Part shown: positions 27,097 to 39,185 of the stretch, in pieces
Numbering within the stretch: the first letter of the stretch is position 1
How the letters are laid out: each line of letters opens with the position of its first letter
Notes under the pieces: generated by a model
Seen by the model: the letters and a program-made list of their open reading frames with translations, nothing else
What the model was told of the DNA's origin: nothing
Databases searched by the model: none
Source: Phyllobates terribilis
Lineage: Eukaryota
Direction of reading: 5' to 3'
DNA length: 64,000 nucleotides
Assembly (NCBI RefSeq): GCF_046119375.1
Contig: NW_027362763.1
Span: forward strand, 767,250,001 to 767,314,000
Position numbers and translations under genes: made by a program

Positions 27097-27452
27097 AGGG
27101 GTATTCCCATCTCCAAGATCCTATCCCAATATGTAGTAGGTGTAATAATAATATTAGCAAATACCTCCAATTAGAAATGTAATAAAGTTCTTCAGATTTG
27201 CTATATCGCTTACGTCATGTGCAGGGCATTGTAGTAGCTTAGGAATCCATGGTTATGACCACTAAGAGCAGTCTAATTAACTATCACTATATGAGTGGTC
27301 ATAACTATGGATTCCTAAGCTACTACAATGCCCTGCACATGGGGTAAGTGACAAAGCAAATCAGAAGAACTATACTACATTTCTAATTGGAGATATTTGC
27401 TAATATTACATCTACTTATTGGGATAGGATCTTGGAGATGGGAATACCCCTT
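27097..27452. mobile_element. Palindromic T2-type MITE
   Basis: AGGGGTATTCCCATCTCCAAGATCCTATCCC...GGGATAGGATCTTGGAGATGGGAATACCCCT, self-complementary along most of its length. A related copy is at about 32206-32528. Confidence 0.8.
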
Positions 27453-28910
27453 TAAATCAATGGTTTATAACTGACCACATCTTAGATTTTCTCATTTATG
27501 ACATTAATTACTCGTCCAAAGTGTCTGACCACTGTGGGCACCATCGCTGGGATCCCGACCGATCACTAGAACAAGGTCCCAATTCCTCGTTCTTCCCCGG
27601 TGTGAATGGTGAGGCATGGCCACACGTCCGCATCCACTGCATTCATGTCTATGGGACTGACACCGAGCAGTGAGATGTGACCGTAGTGATCCATTCAGTC
27701 CAGATCAGTCACCAGACTATGATGGCGGCGCAGCACAGATTCACTCTCCTATTAGCCAAAAACAGCACAAAAAATATTGTGCTACTATAATAATGGGTCT
27801 GGTGAATTCACGAGGGGAGCGCTACACCGGTCCTCCAGGTAGGGTTCTTTCAGTGACTGGTTTGCGGACTTCGCCATATTTTTACGGCAGCGCTTCAGAT
27901 GATCGCAGTGATCGCCAAAAGCAACGCGATATGGGGGCAGGATTACATATCTGGCATCAGCATGTCTGTACAGACTCATGGAATAAAGTTAACTTGCCCT
28001 TTGATGGGGAAAAGAGAATAAATATCAATGTTGGAATTGCTAATTGTCTGCACTCCTCCCAAAGGAAAAAAAAAAATCAATGATAGTTAATTAAAAAAAA
28101 AATAGATGTACTCCAAAATGATATCGCTCAAGAATACAAGTCCTCATACAATTAAATTAAGAGAAAAATATAAAAGATTCGGCTCATGGAATGGGACAAT
28201 GAAACAAACGACGCTCATAAGGTTAAATATACTGTACCTAAGGAGATAAAAGGGTTCTGTCATTCCCGCATGATCATACAGACACTTAATTACCAGGGAC
28301 CAATTTAAAAAGTAAATGAGAAATTAACATAAAGCAGAAATAAGGAGAAAGGGGTAAAATGTGTAAAATAGGTCAAAACGTATTAAAGACGAGCACTTTT
28401 TTTTCCCCACTGGTGCTCTGAGTGCAGAACATTGTGCGGCAAATGTGTTATGTCTGTGTATTGATAATTTCACTTCATCACTGAGGTCCTGCAGATTTAG
28501 GCAGCTGGTAACACCAGTCTCATCAATTGGGATTAGTAAAAGGATTTAGACCCCTGCTTTTTTCTATTACAAAAAAAAAATAACACTACACCCCCTAATC
28601 AATTCTCCCCACTTTCTTCAAGCACGACACTGGCAGACGCGCAGGAGCTCTTCCTGAGCTGTAGCTGCACCGACCGCAAGCTCACAATGTCAATCATAAG
28701 GAGCCAAGGATATGGGAACAGAGGACACAAGAAGCGGTATCATCAGGGTGCGGCAGAAGAGGATCACACTGGCCGATGTATTCATCCTGTGCAGAGCCTG
28801 GAGGACATCCCTTCTTGTTTCCTCGGTCCTCAAGTTCCATTTAGATACACATGTGGCTGTAGTAGCCATTCACTGGCTGTAATAAAGGTCCTATTGCTCA
28901 CTTCCGTGGA

Positions 28911-29630
28911 CCCGAGCAGAGCTGCAAGAGGAGCGGCAAGAGGCCCGAGCAGAGCTGCAAGAGGAGCGGCAAGAGGCCCGAGCAGAGCTGCAAGAGGAGC
29001 GGCAAGAGGCCCGAGCAGAGCTGCAAGAGGAGCGGCAAGAGGCCCGAGCAGAGCTGCAAGAGGAGCGGCAAGAGGCCCGAGCAGAGCTGCAAGAGGAGCG
29101 GCAAGAGGCCCGAGCAGAGCTGCAAGAGGAGCGGCAAGAGGCCCGAGCAGAGCTGCAAGAGGAGCGGCAAGAGGCCCGAGCAGAGCTGCAAGAGGAGCGG
29201 CAAGAGGCCCGAGCAGAGCTGCAAGAGGAGCGGCAAGAGGCCCGAGCAGAGCTGCAAGAGGAGCGGCAAGAGGCCCGAGCAGAGCTGCAAGAGGAGCGGC
29301 AAGAGGCCCGAGCAGAGCTGCAAGAGGAGCGGCAAGAGGCCCGAGCAGAGCTGCAAGAGGAGCGGCAAGAGGCCCGAGCAGAGCTGCAAGAGGAGCGGCA
29401 AGAGGCCCGAGCAGAGCTGCAAGAGGAGCGGCAGAGGCCCGAGCAGAGCTGCAAGAGGAGCGGCAGAGGCCCGAGCAGAGCTGCAAGAGGAGCGGCAGAG
29501 GCCCGAGCAGAGCTGCAAGAGGAGCAGCAGAGACCCGAGCAGAGCTGGAAGAGGAACAAGAGAGACCTGAGCAGAGCTGGAAGAGGCGCAGCAGAGACCT
29601 AAGCAGAGCTGGAAGAGGAGCAGCAGAAAA
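28911..29630. repeat. 33-bp purine-rich minisatellite
   Basis: About 15 identical CCCGAGCAGAGCTGCAAGAGGAGCGGCAAGAGG units, then 32-bp variants, then diverged units. Confidence 0.95.
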
Positions 29631-30503
29631 TTGCACAAGTATCTTTTTTTTTTTTCTTCTTTTTTTTAAACAATCCTGGGCTGTTTTTCCCAATCTATAG
29701 TATAGGTTAGCCATAGGATAGGGAAAAACCTCAGTTATCTCCTATTCACAGGATGTGGGATAACCTATCCATAATTGGAGGTGCAGCCACTGGGACGCCT
29801 GCGATCCTGAGAACGTGGCTCCGAAACGTAAGAAGTTGACTCTGCCAAGCCCTGTCTTGGATGGAAGCGCCAGAGAAAAATCTCAGCTATTTCCTACAGT
29901 CCCTCAGACAATGAATGGAGTGGGGGTCAAACATTCATGACGGGGCTGCAGATTCCGGTTCCTGGGTTCCACAGCACCATTCTCAGTATTGTTGTGGGCT
30001 CCAGTCGCCGGACTGACAGTGGTCAGTAAGTTATCCCCTAATTGAGAGAAGATAACTTACTATATTGGGAACAACCCTTTAATAAAATCTGTAACACAGA
30101 ATACCATGAGCAGAGGAGGGACAGGCCGCTTCGGCGATCATCATCAGAGTGTTTAGATCTGTGAATAAAAGTCCACACCAGACAAATAAGCAGCAGATTT
30201 TTGCCTTGGATTTGCATGCAGAAAATCCACTGTGCATTACAGCCCTGCACCGTGGTTGGGATTTGAAGAAATCTGAAGTGTGAATGGCCGAGGATCTGTA
30301 ATCTGCAACTTGTCAGTTTTCACTGAAGCTTTTCAACAAATATTTCATCCTTTACATAGAGCGTCATATTTGCAAAGAAATCACAGTATGGTGTGGATCT
30401 TCATCTGTGGAGAGTATGAAGGTGACCAGTGTCCTGCGGACATACCCTCTGGGCTGTGTGCACACAGGTGGATTCCACTTAGAATCTGCCTGAAACCACT
30501 GTA

Positions 30504-31412
30504 AGGTCTCTTTCACATGTCCGTGTCTCCAGTACATGAGGTGACAGTTTCCACACGTACCGGAGACACTGACACACGCAGTCCCATTCAAATGAATGGG
30601 TCTACGCACATCTCAGTGTTTCCACGGACCGTGTGATTCACAAGTAAACATGTCCGTTTTTGCCCGGCAGCACAGATCACACGGACCCATGCAAGTCAAT
30701 GGGTTCATGTAAACACCTACTGCACATGGATGCCATACGTGTGACACATACCGGCGCTTGAAAATCAGTGGTACAGTTAGCGCTGTGCCCAAGCACTGGG
30801 TGCTGAACGCTGCCTTCATCATAATGCCCTGCCAGAGCAGCAGGGACAATGATGAGAGTAGTACCACCTGTAACAATAAGAATAAAATAAAAAAATCCAT
30901 ATATTCACCTTATTCACCTGTCCTAAGTGTCGCCCGCTGTAATCCATGTGACTGCTCAAACCGAGGAGCATGATTCCTGCAGCGAGCGGCCCCGGTGCTG
31001 CGCTCAGCGAGTGGTGTCCTGTCACTCACTGAGCTCAGCGCAGCTCCAGGAGTCATTCTCCCCGGCGTCAGTGGTCAGAGGATTACAGCGGGGGACACTT
31101 AGGACAGGTGAGTATATGGATCTTATTATTTTATTCTTATTTTTTACAGGTGGGGACACTGCGGGAGCAGATACAACTACTCCCATAATGGTCTACTGCT
31201 AGTGCTGATTGCAGCGCCGGCAGAGAACCACGATGAGGGCAGTGTTCAGCACCCGGCGCTTGGGAACAGCGCTAACTGTAGCACTGATTCTCAGACTCTG
31301 GTCCATGCGACCCTGATGCGTCACACGGTTGCCACACGAACACATGGGAAATGGATATCTCCAGTACTGGTTTTTCCGATACCGGAAATATACGGACGTG
31401 TGAAACCGGTCT
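30504..31412. mobile_element. T2-type MITE with palindromic core
   Basis: Termini AGGTCTCTTTCACATGTCCGT and ACGGACGTGTGAAACCGGTCT, with mirrored inner blocks at about 30770-30960 and 31090-31270. Confidence 0.65.
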
Positions 31413-34400
31413 AAGACAGGCGCAGAAAATGAACATAATGCACAGCAATGCAAGAACAACATTACTGAGCACATGTTCAGTCTTTTGTTACTTCTTTTCC
31501 AAACCCTGAAGTGGTTAAAAGAACATGTTTGTGCTCCAAACGGAGATGAAACATATATAGGACCAAAAATGTCAGGGCACTTCCAAAAACCCAGAATATC
31601 CAAACAAGATAGAAGCAAAAAGCCCATATTGGACATTGTTATAAAAAATGATAATGTCCAATAATGACTGACAAAGTAATACAGGTAAGGCAAATAACAA
31701 TGAATGAAGAAACAATAAAGACCTGAAATGAATAGGACCAGAGTCCCAACGTGCATCTCGCGTCAGCTTCTTATACTTTGTCACTATTGGACATTAGCAT
31801 TTTTTTCTACTTATCTTTAGCCATTTTGTGGATAGACCTTGGTCCTTGGTTCTTCACCAACACAGATATTCTGACTTTAGTGCACAGTATATTTTATATT
31901 CTATATATTGCTCTGATTACATGTTACCTGGACAGGAGGTGTCTCTTGTGTCCATTACTCCCATCATGATTTTATTCCATTTTATCATGTTTGCTACATT
32001 GTGTAACTAATAACATCTGTTATTTCTACTTGGGCTTCTTTATTTCTATCTTTCTTTGGATATTTCTTTCTAGTTGAAAGTGTAGAGAAAAGATACCCTT
32101 GGTGGAGAGGCCGTAAAAACTATGTCAAAACCGCCAGCGAAGCCACTTCAGGAAAAGGACAGACCTTTTTTTCCTGAAGTGATTTCGGCTAGGAAAACCT
32201 CGGACCTTAAAAGAATATTCCTATATATTCCAATATGTAGTAGGTGTAATAATAATAATAATAATAATAATATTAGCAAATATCTCCAATTAGAAATGTA
32301 GTATAGTCCTTCTGATAAGCTATGTAGCTTACCTCATGTGCAGGGCATTGGAGTAGCTTAGGTATCCATGGTTATACTTATATAGTGACAGTTAGTTGTT
32401 AGTGGTCATAACCATGGGTACCTAAGCTACTGCAATGCCCTGCACATGGGGTAAGCGACATAGCTTATCAGGAGAACTATACTACTTTTCTAATTGGAGT
32501 CACTTGCTAATATTATTACACCTACTACATATTGGGATGGGATCTTGGAGATGAGAATAACCCTTTAAAAGACACCATGTACACATAGCCATTGGTTGTT
32601 ATTCTAGCACCTGTCAGGGTTGTCACCCAGCTTTCCCGGCTTCCTGAAAAGTAAATCTGTTCACTTCTGCAGTCCTACGAAACAATGCGGCATTCAGGAG
32701 CGCCATATCTCTGACCTCTATGAGTAAAGCACTTCCAAAAAAAAGATTTTGTTCCAAAATGTGAAATCCCCTGAAGATGAGCATTTTCTTTCTCTAGATT
32801 ATTGTATGTAGAGGGGATCAGATGATTCTCCATGACTATGAAGGGTCTGTACATTAACCCTATGTTTCACTGCCAGGGCAAATCACACAATCCATAAAGT
32901 ATTTCCCCCCGGGCCAGAAGTGGACGGTGATTCGTGTAATGTCTGGTTCCTACCTTGACAACCAGTTTGTAAGACATCACGTCACTCCGCCCAGACACCA
33001 GACCTGTAACGATCAGCAAAGAATGACATTGGTTACGGGAGGAGAAGTCCTACTCTGTGACTCAGCAGAACATGGCCGGACAAGCAGGACGCCCAGGGGG
33101 ATAATCCGCACATTGTACCCAGCCGGTCAGACACCAAGAAATAAGTATATACCGATCTTCAGAGGACAATTATCACGCTGTGCTGTCAAATTACGCTTTA
33201 TTGGTGCAATTTTGCCATAATCAAGGTAATAAATGGCGATTTGAGAGCACCACATTAATATGGTCTAAGGCCTCCGGCACAAATACTGATAGTATGATAC
33301 ATATGTCTATATACTGATGATATGTATATATACGCTATAGAGACCATTCAATATTTACTCTGGGTTTTAAAGGTTATTCCCGTCATAGAACGTTCTCCCC
33401 TAACTACACCGCCAGGACCCCGACTCATCCGGAGAATGGGCTCTACCGATCCTGCCAAGTGCCCGTCGTCCTGGAGCGATGGCCGACCACACAACCCCCA
33501 CTCGATTACCATTGGGACTGCTGGAGGACGCTGATCACAGTAAGTGACGATCTCCAGCCGTCCCATATGCAATAAATGAAGCGGTGACGCTCATCTGCGG
33601 CTTCCGCTCCACTCAGATGGGGCACTATAGACCCCCTTCTCAGCATCGGTGGGGGTCCCACTCTATGAACAGTGAGCAGAGTGATGGTGGGCAGGTGAGT
33701 CCATTGCTCTACTCAAACTGAACTTTTTGCCGCATTCTTGGGTTCAGAGAGGGTCCCAGCAGTCGGACCCTCAGCAATCGGCGAAATAGGTCTTATCCTG
33801 TGGGTGGGTGAAATATTTCTAAGATGGGAATATCCCTTTAAGGTAAGAAGTTGCCGCAGGTTTAAGGGGAAATTCGTAAGCTGCAAATTTCGTTGCGTAA
33901 AGTTCTGTAATTGCCCAATTCTCATGTTCAGTCCCAGACTTTACTGCAGCAAAATCTGTAACGTGGGAATTGACCCTTACACTGCCTGTTAAGCACAGAA
34001 AAAAAATGCTGCAAAACACAATGGAGTGGGGGCGGGGGATTTATTAAAGGTTTATTCCCAAAAAAACAAGTTTTCCCTTATTCACAGGAAAGGGAATAAC
34101 TTGCTGATCACTGGGGGCCAACCACTGCTGGCTCAAATCAGCAGCAGCAGCGAGTGCACTGTCAGTGCACAGGGTCAGAATACCTGGCCTGCAGTACCAG
34201 GGACATCACTTATGGGGGTAGCGATGGTCTCTGCACAGCAGGTATCCTGACAATGCACACAGACAGTGCACTCTCCTGCCGGCTCGTTACTGCTGATCTG
34301 AGCCAGTGCGCTGTCATTGTGCACATCGAGCAGGGAACAGCCCAGCCCCGAAACAAAGGTCACTGATGACACCTCATTTCAGGGCAGAGGACCTATTCCT

Positions 34401-34600
34401 ACACCCTGATGATGCTTTGCGTATCCCATCATGCACTGAGATTCTTAAACAAAGCATCATCAAAAAAAAGGGAGTGGAAAAAAAAAAGCATTTAGATAGT
34501 ATAGTTAAGGAAGGATAGGGAATTTTTAATCCAAGATTAGAAAATAGTTGCGATTATGGCACTAAATAGAAAGGGATTGAGGATATAAATTACTTAATGA

Positions 34601-34615
34601 CCACCAGATGGCAGC
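34601..34615 (+). promoter_or_regulatory. CTCF consensus motif
   Basis: CCACCAGATGGCAGC fits the CTCF core CCASYAGRKGGCRS through GGCAG. Confidence 0.55.
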
Positions 34616-36929
34616 ATAACACCGGATTATATAATTGACCCGTTTTACTTTCTGGCTCATACGCGCGTTTCACACACAGTTTACTTTCCTGTAAATCATA
34701 AAGAAGACACAAAAAAACCTCATTTATTCTACACCTACTTGTTACCTTTCTCTGTCTACAACGCTCGGGCGCCCAGCTACAAGGATCAGATCACAGGGAG
34801 ATCTGAAATCGGCGGCAAGGAAATGGACAAGTAAGGGCAACAGCTCTCGTAGAGTACGACACATTGCCCAAATGAAATATGGTCGCGGAATTACGGCGTC
34901 TGTGAAGGGACAAAATGCTTAAAGCGACCTCGAATAATAAAAGGCAAAGTATAAGGCGGTCCTGTGGGCGAGAGTTTTGTACTTTGCATTTTTTTAGGTT
35001 AGTTTAGCTCCTCATTAAGATTCTCACCCTTAAAAATTGCGGCTGGATAAAAAAAGAGGGTCTCAAGTTAATTGTGAAAAGATCGCCTGGTGATTACAAG
35101 ATGACACAGCCACTTAAAGGGGCAGAATATATGGATAGATGATAACCTGTAGATCGATGGGGTCTCACTGCTAGGATGCCCACCGATTACCAGAAAGGAC
35201 CCCTTTTAATCAAATTACAGTAGAGTGGCAGTGCGCACACCCGACAGCGGCTCCAATAATTCCCTATGGGACTGTGGCTATAAACTGAGTCCAAAAGTCT
35301 CATAGGTAATGAATAAAGCGGCAGTCAGATCGTGTGCGCCGCTTCTCTGTCCATTATAGGACAGCTGGAAGAAGACGGGAAGAAAAGGGGCCCTTTATGG
35401 AGATAACGTCTACAAACCGGACTGCCCCTTTAAGGCCGGGGCTACACAGTGAGATGTGTCACAACTGAAATCAGTGTTAAGTGCATCTAATGATCCAATA
35501 TGGCGACACAAGGGTGGCAAACGTTCCCAAATGTTTTGGATTTTCCCTTATAACTACTCACCTGCCATAGACTTCAATGCAGATCACATGCGACAGCAAC
35601 TTGGGGGCGACTTATGTGCAATTTGGCTCAAAAATAGTCATGTGTCGCGCAACGAATAACGTCTGTTCAACTGACTGCGACTTGCAACAGAAAATCCAAG
35701 ACATTTGGAAACATCATGGGGGTTGCAGTGCGACACCATAGGAAATAAGTCAGTGTTGCGCAATATGTGTAGCCCCCGTCTAAGTCATCAATACCAAGAA
35801 TCCATGGTCCGGGGCAGGGAAAGTGCCAAAGCACAGAAATACATGTTATTACCACACCAATCGTCCAGCACGTCTCTGTGGAGGTTGGGGTGGGATATAT
35901 TCCATCTGTTCGGTCACCTGGCCTCTGAAGGGTCGGGTGACTGGTAACCATGATGTCGGGACCCCGATGAACCAGGGTAGGGCTTTATGTAAGTACCTGT
36001 GACACTCTACAAGGTGAGGGGAATAAGTTTAGCAACCTTGTGGTCCACAGTGATGGGATGTTGAGGGTTTTTACCACACAGATTTCGTTGCATTTTACGG
36101 GGGATCCATCCCGTCTTTCATGTGGCAGCAGATTTTACCGAAATAGACTTGAAATCTGATTCAAAAAGTCAATATTAAAACCGTTTCTTCTAGGAAATCA
36201 CGAAGGGTAATATCGGATGGGACTAGTCCATGCCCAGCAGTTTAAACTCTAAACCATACATGTAAAACTCTGGCCCGGAGGGTGATTTTATTTGGTCAGC
36301 AACACCAGAACCACCATCCCAATGTGGGGCCATTATTCTGTATGGAGGACTATGTAGGGCCCATTATTCTGTATGGAGGACTATGCGGGGCCATTATTCT
36401 GTATGGAGGACTATGCGGGGCCATTATTCTGTATGGAGGACTATGTAGGGCCCATTATTCTGTATGGAGGACTATGCGGGGCCATTATTCTGTATGGAGG
36501 ACTATGCGGGGCCATTATTCTGTATGGAGGACTATGTGGGGCCCATTATTCTGTATGGAGGACTATGCGGGGCCATTATTCTGTATGGAGGACTATGCGG
36601 GGCCATTATTCTGTATGGAGGACTATGTGGGGCCCATTGTTCTGTATGGAGGACTATGTGGGGCCCATTATACTGTATGAAGGACTATGTGGGGCCCATT
36701 ATACTGCATGGAGGACTATGTGGGGCCCATTATACTGTATGGAGGACTATGTGGGCTCATTATACTGTATGGAGGACTATGCGGGGCCCATTATTCTGTA
36801 TGGAGGACTATGTGGGGCCCATTGTTCTGTATGCAGGACTATGTGGGGCCCATTGTTCTGTATGGAGGACTATGTGGGGCCCATTATTCTGTATGGAGGA
36901 CTATGTGGGGCCCATTGTTCTGTATGGAG

Positions 36930-38221
36930 TGTAGCGTCGGCGTCCCTGCTTCCTGCTAGGCAGGGACGCTGTTCCCTTCACCTCTCCGCTCTGTGCCCGG
37001 CGTCTTCCTCCCGCTCTGCTGGCAGCGCGCGCTGCTTCCCGGCCACGGTGCTTAGGGCGCGCGCGCGCTCCCCCTCTCTTAAAGGGACCGCGCGCGCCAT
37101 CCTAAGGAGTCCCCGGCCAATGGCCGGAGGACTTCACGATATATAAGGCACCTCCTCCAAAATGGAGGTGCCCGAGCAATGTTGTTGCAAAGCCTTCACT
37201 CTGCTTCAGCCCTCAGGTCCTGTTTCCAGTTACCTGCCAGTCACCTGCCAGATTCCTGCCTGTTACCTGCCAGTCACCTGACAGATTCCTGCCTGTTACC
37301 TGCCAGTCACCTGACAGATTCCTGCCTGTTACCTGCCAGTCACCTGCCAGATTCCTGCTTGATACCTGCCAGATATCCGTTTACCTGCTTGCAAGCCTGC
37401 GGTCCGACGGTCTGCCTTCCGACACCTGTCAGTCTGTCTATGGACCAGCCTGCCCGCTCACCTGGGAGCGCTCGTCTGCTACCTGCCTGCTAGCCTACCT
37501 GGAGGCTCCGCCGTCACTTGCCGTGACCACCTGCCTGTCCAGAGACTCTTGTCTGCTCACCTGGGAGCGCTCATCTGCTACCTGCTTGCTAGCCTACCTG
37601 GAGGCTCCGCCGTCACTTGCCGTGACCACCTGCCTGTCCAGAGACTCCTGTCTGCTCACCTGGGAGCGCTCATCTGCTACCTGCCTGCTAGCCTACCTGG
37701 AGGCTCCGCCGTCACTTGCCGTGACCACCTGCCTGTCCAGAGACTCTCGCCTGCTCACCTAGGAGCGCTCACCTGCTACCTGCCTGCTAGCCTACCTGGA
37801 GGCTCTGCCGTCACTAGCCGTGACCACCTGCCTGTCCAGAGACTCACTTGCCGTGAGTACCCGTCCTTCTACCCAGAGACTGTCCCTGTCACTTGCCGTG
37901 ACTACCTGCCCTTCTACCCAGAGACTGTCCCTGTCACTTGCCGTGACTACCTGCCCTTCTACCCAGAGACTGTCCCTGTCACTTGCCGTGACTACCTGCC
38001 CTTCTACCCAGAGACTGTCCCTGTCACTTGCCGTGACTACCTGCCCTTCTACCCAGAGACTGTCCCTGTCACTTGCCGTGACTACCTGCCCTTCTACCCA
38101 GAGATTGTCCCTGTCACTTGCCGTGATTACCTGCCCGTCTTCCCTGGGAGCCACCCGCTTCCTTACAAGGACCGCCCCCTTGTATAGTTGCTCAGAGGTT
38201 CCGCCTCCCAGACCCGTTACA
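36930..38221 (+). repeat. 5' LTR (1292 bp)
   Basis: TG...CA ends, CCAAT at about 37117, TATA at 37141, internal 99-bp and 45-bp tandem repeats. Confidence 0.93.
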
Positions 38222-38234
38222 GTTTGCTCGGGCC

Positions 38235-39185
38235 ATGGAATCCGGTGGCACCCAAGCTCCCTCGCTCTCGAACCTATGTCATGAACTGTCCCGTCAGAGG
38301 TCCCAACAGGAGTCCATCCTGAGTCACCTGCGGAGTGTCAACTCTCGCCTGGACACTCTGTCTGCTCCACCTGCAACCACCGCTAGTGTCATGACTCGCA
38401 ACCCGGCAGCGCCGCTGCCCACCAATACCATGGTATCCTGTCCCGGACCCCGGTTTTCTGCACCTCCTTATTTCGGAGGTGACTCCGCTCAAGCTCGGGG
38501 CTTCATAAACCAGTGCACCCTGCACTTTGAACTCTTGTCCCACCAGTTTATCTCCGACCGGTCCAAAGTAGCCTTTATCATGTGTCACCTCACGGGGGAG
38601 GCTCTGGCTTGGCTAAATCCTCTGTGGGAGAGAGGAGATCCCCTGGTGTCCGACCTGCCAGCCTTTCTCACGGCTTTCCGGAAAGTCTTCGACGAACCCG
38701 GACGGAAGACCTCATCCACATCGTCTCTGCTACGCCTCCGTCAAGGAGATCTCACCGTGGGCCAATATGCCATACGGTTCCGTACCCTTGCTTCGGAGCT
38801 GGCCTGGGATAACGACGCTCTGGTGTCTGTCTTCTGGGAAGGTCTGTCCGGCCGTATTAAAGATGAACTCGCCGGTCGGGACATTCCTACCACTCTCGAC
38901 AACTTAATAACACTTGCCACCCGGATTGACATCCGATTCCAGGAGCGCGCCAAAGAGGTTACCCGTGAGAGGAGGTTTCCACGTCTAGCCCCCACCTTCC
39001 AGAAACCCGTCACTCCCTCCGTTACTCCCCAGGCACACTCACCTGAGCCTATGCAGGTCGACCAGACCAAGATGGTCAAAACCCGTCAAGACTTACGCCG
39101 TGCCGAGGGGAGCTGCTTCTACTGTGGCAGTAAGGAGCACCGGATCCGTTCCTGCCCAGAGAGGTCGGGAAACGCCTGTGTCTAG
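38235..39185 (+). CDS. gag: Gypsy Gag, 316 aa (PEG10/RTL1-like capsid plus CCHC knuckle)
   Basis: Intact ORF with LTGEALAW and LRQGDLTVGQYAIRFRTLA capsid motifs and a CFYCGSKEHRIRSC zinc knuckle. Confidence 0.9.
   Translation: MESGGTQAPSLSNLCHELSRQRSQQESILSHLRSVNSRLDTLSAPPATTASVMTRNPAAPLPTNTMVSCPGPRFSAPPYFGGDSAQARGFINQCTLHFELLSHQFISDRSKVAFIMCHLTGEALAWLNPLWERGDPLVSDLPAFLTAFRKVFDEPGRKTSSTSSLLRLRQGDLTVGQYAIRFRTLASELAWDNDALVSVFWEGLSGRIKDELAGRDIPTTLDNLITLATRIDIRFQERAKEVTRERRFPRLAPTFQKPVTPSVTPQAHSPEPMQVDQTKMVKTRQDLRRAEGSCFYCGSKEHRIRSCPERSGNACV

Noticed and set aside
28687-29714. 337-aa and 294-aa ORFs as real genes
   Set aside because: They are dominated by the 33-bp repeat, and the unique part matches nothing I recognise. 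Kept only as a low-interest finding.
31745-31790. Second hammerhead-like remnant on the minus strand
   Set aside because: The CUGANGA and GAAA core nucleotides are not intact.
37179-38284. Repetitive ORFs inside the Gypsy LTRs (also 42669-43463)
   Set aside because: They arise from in-frame 99-bp, 45-bp and 33-bp tandem units within the LTR, with no sign of coding constraint.
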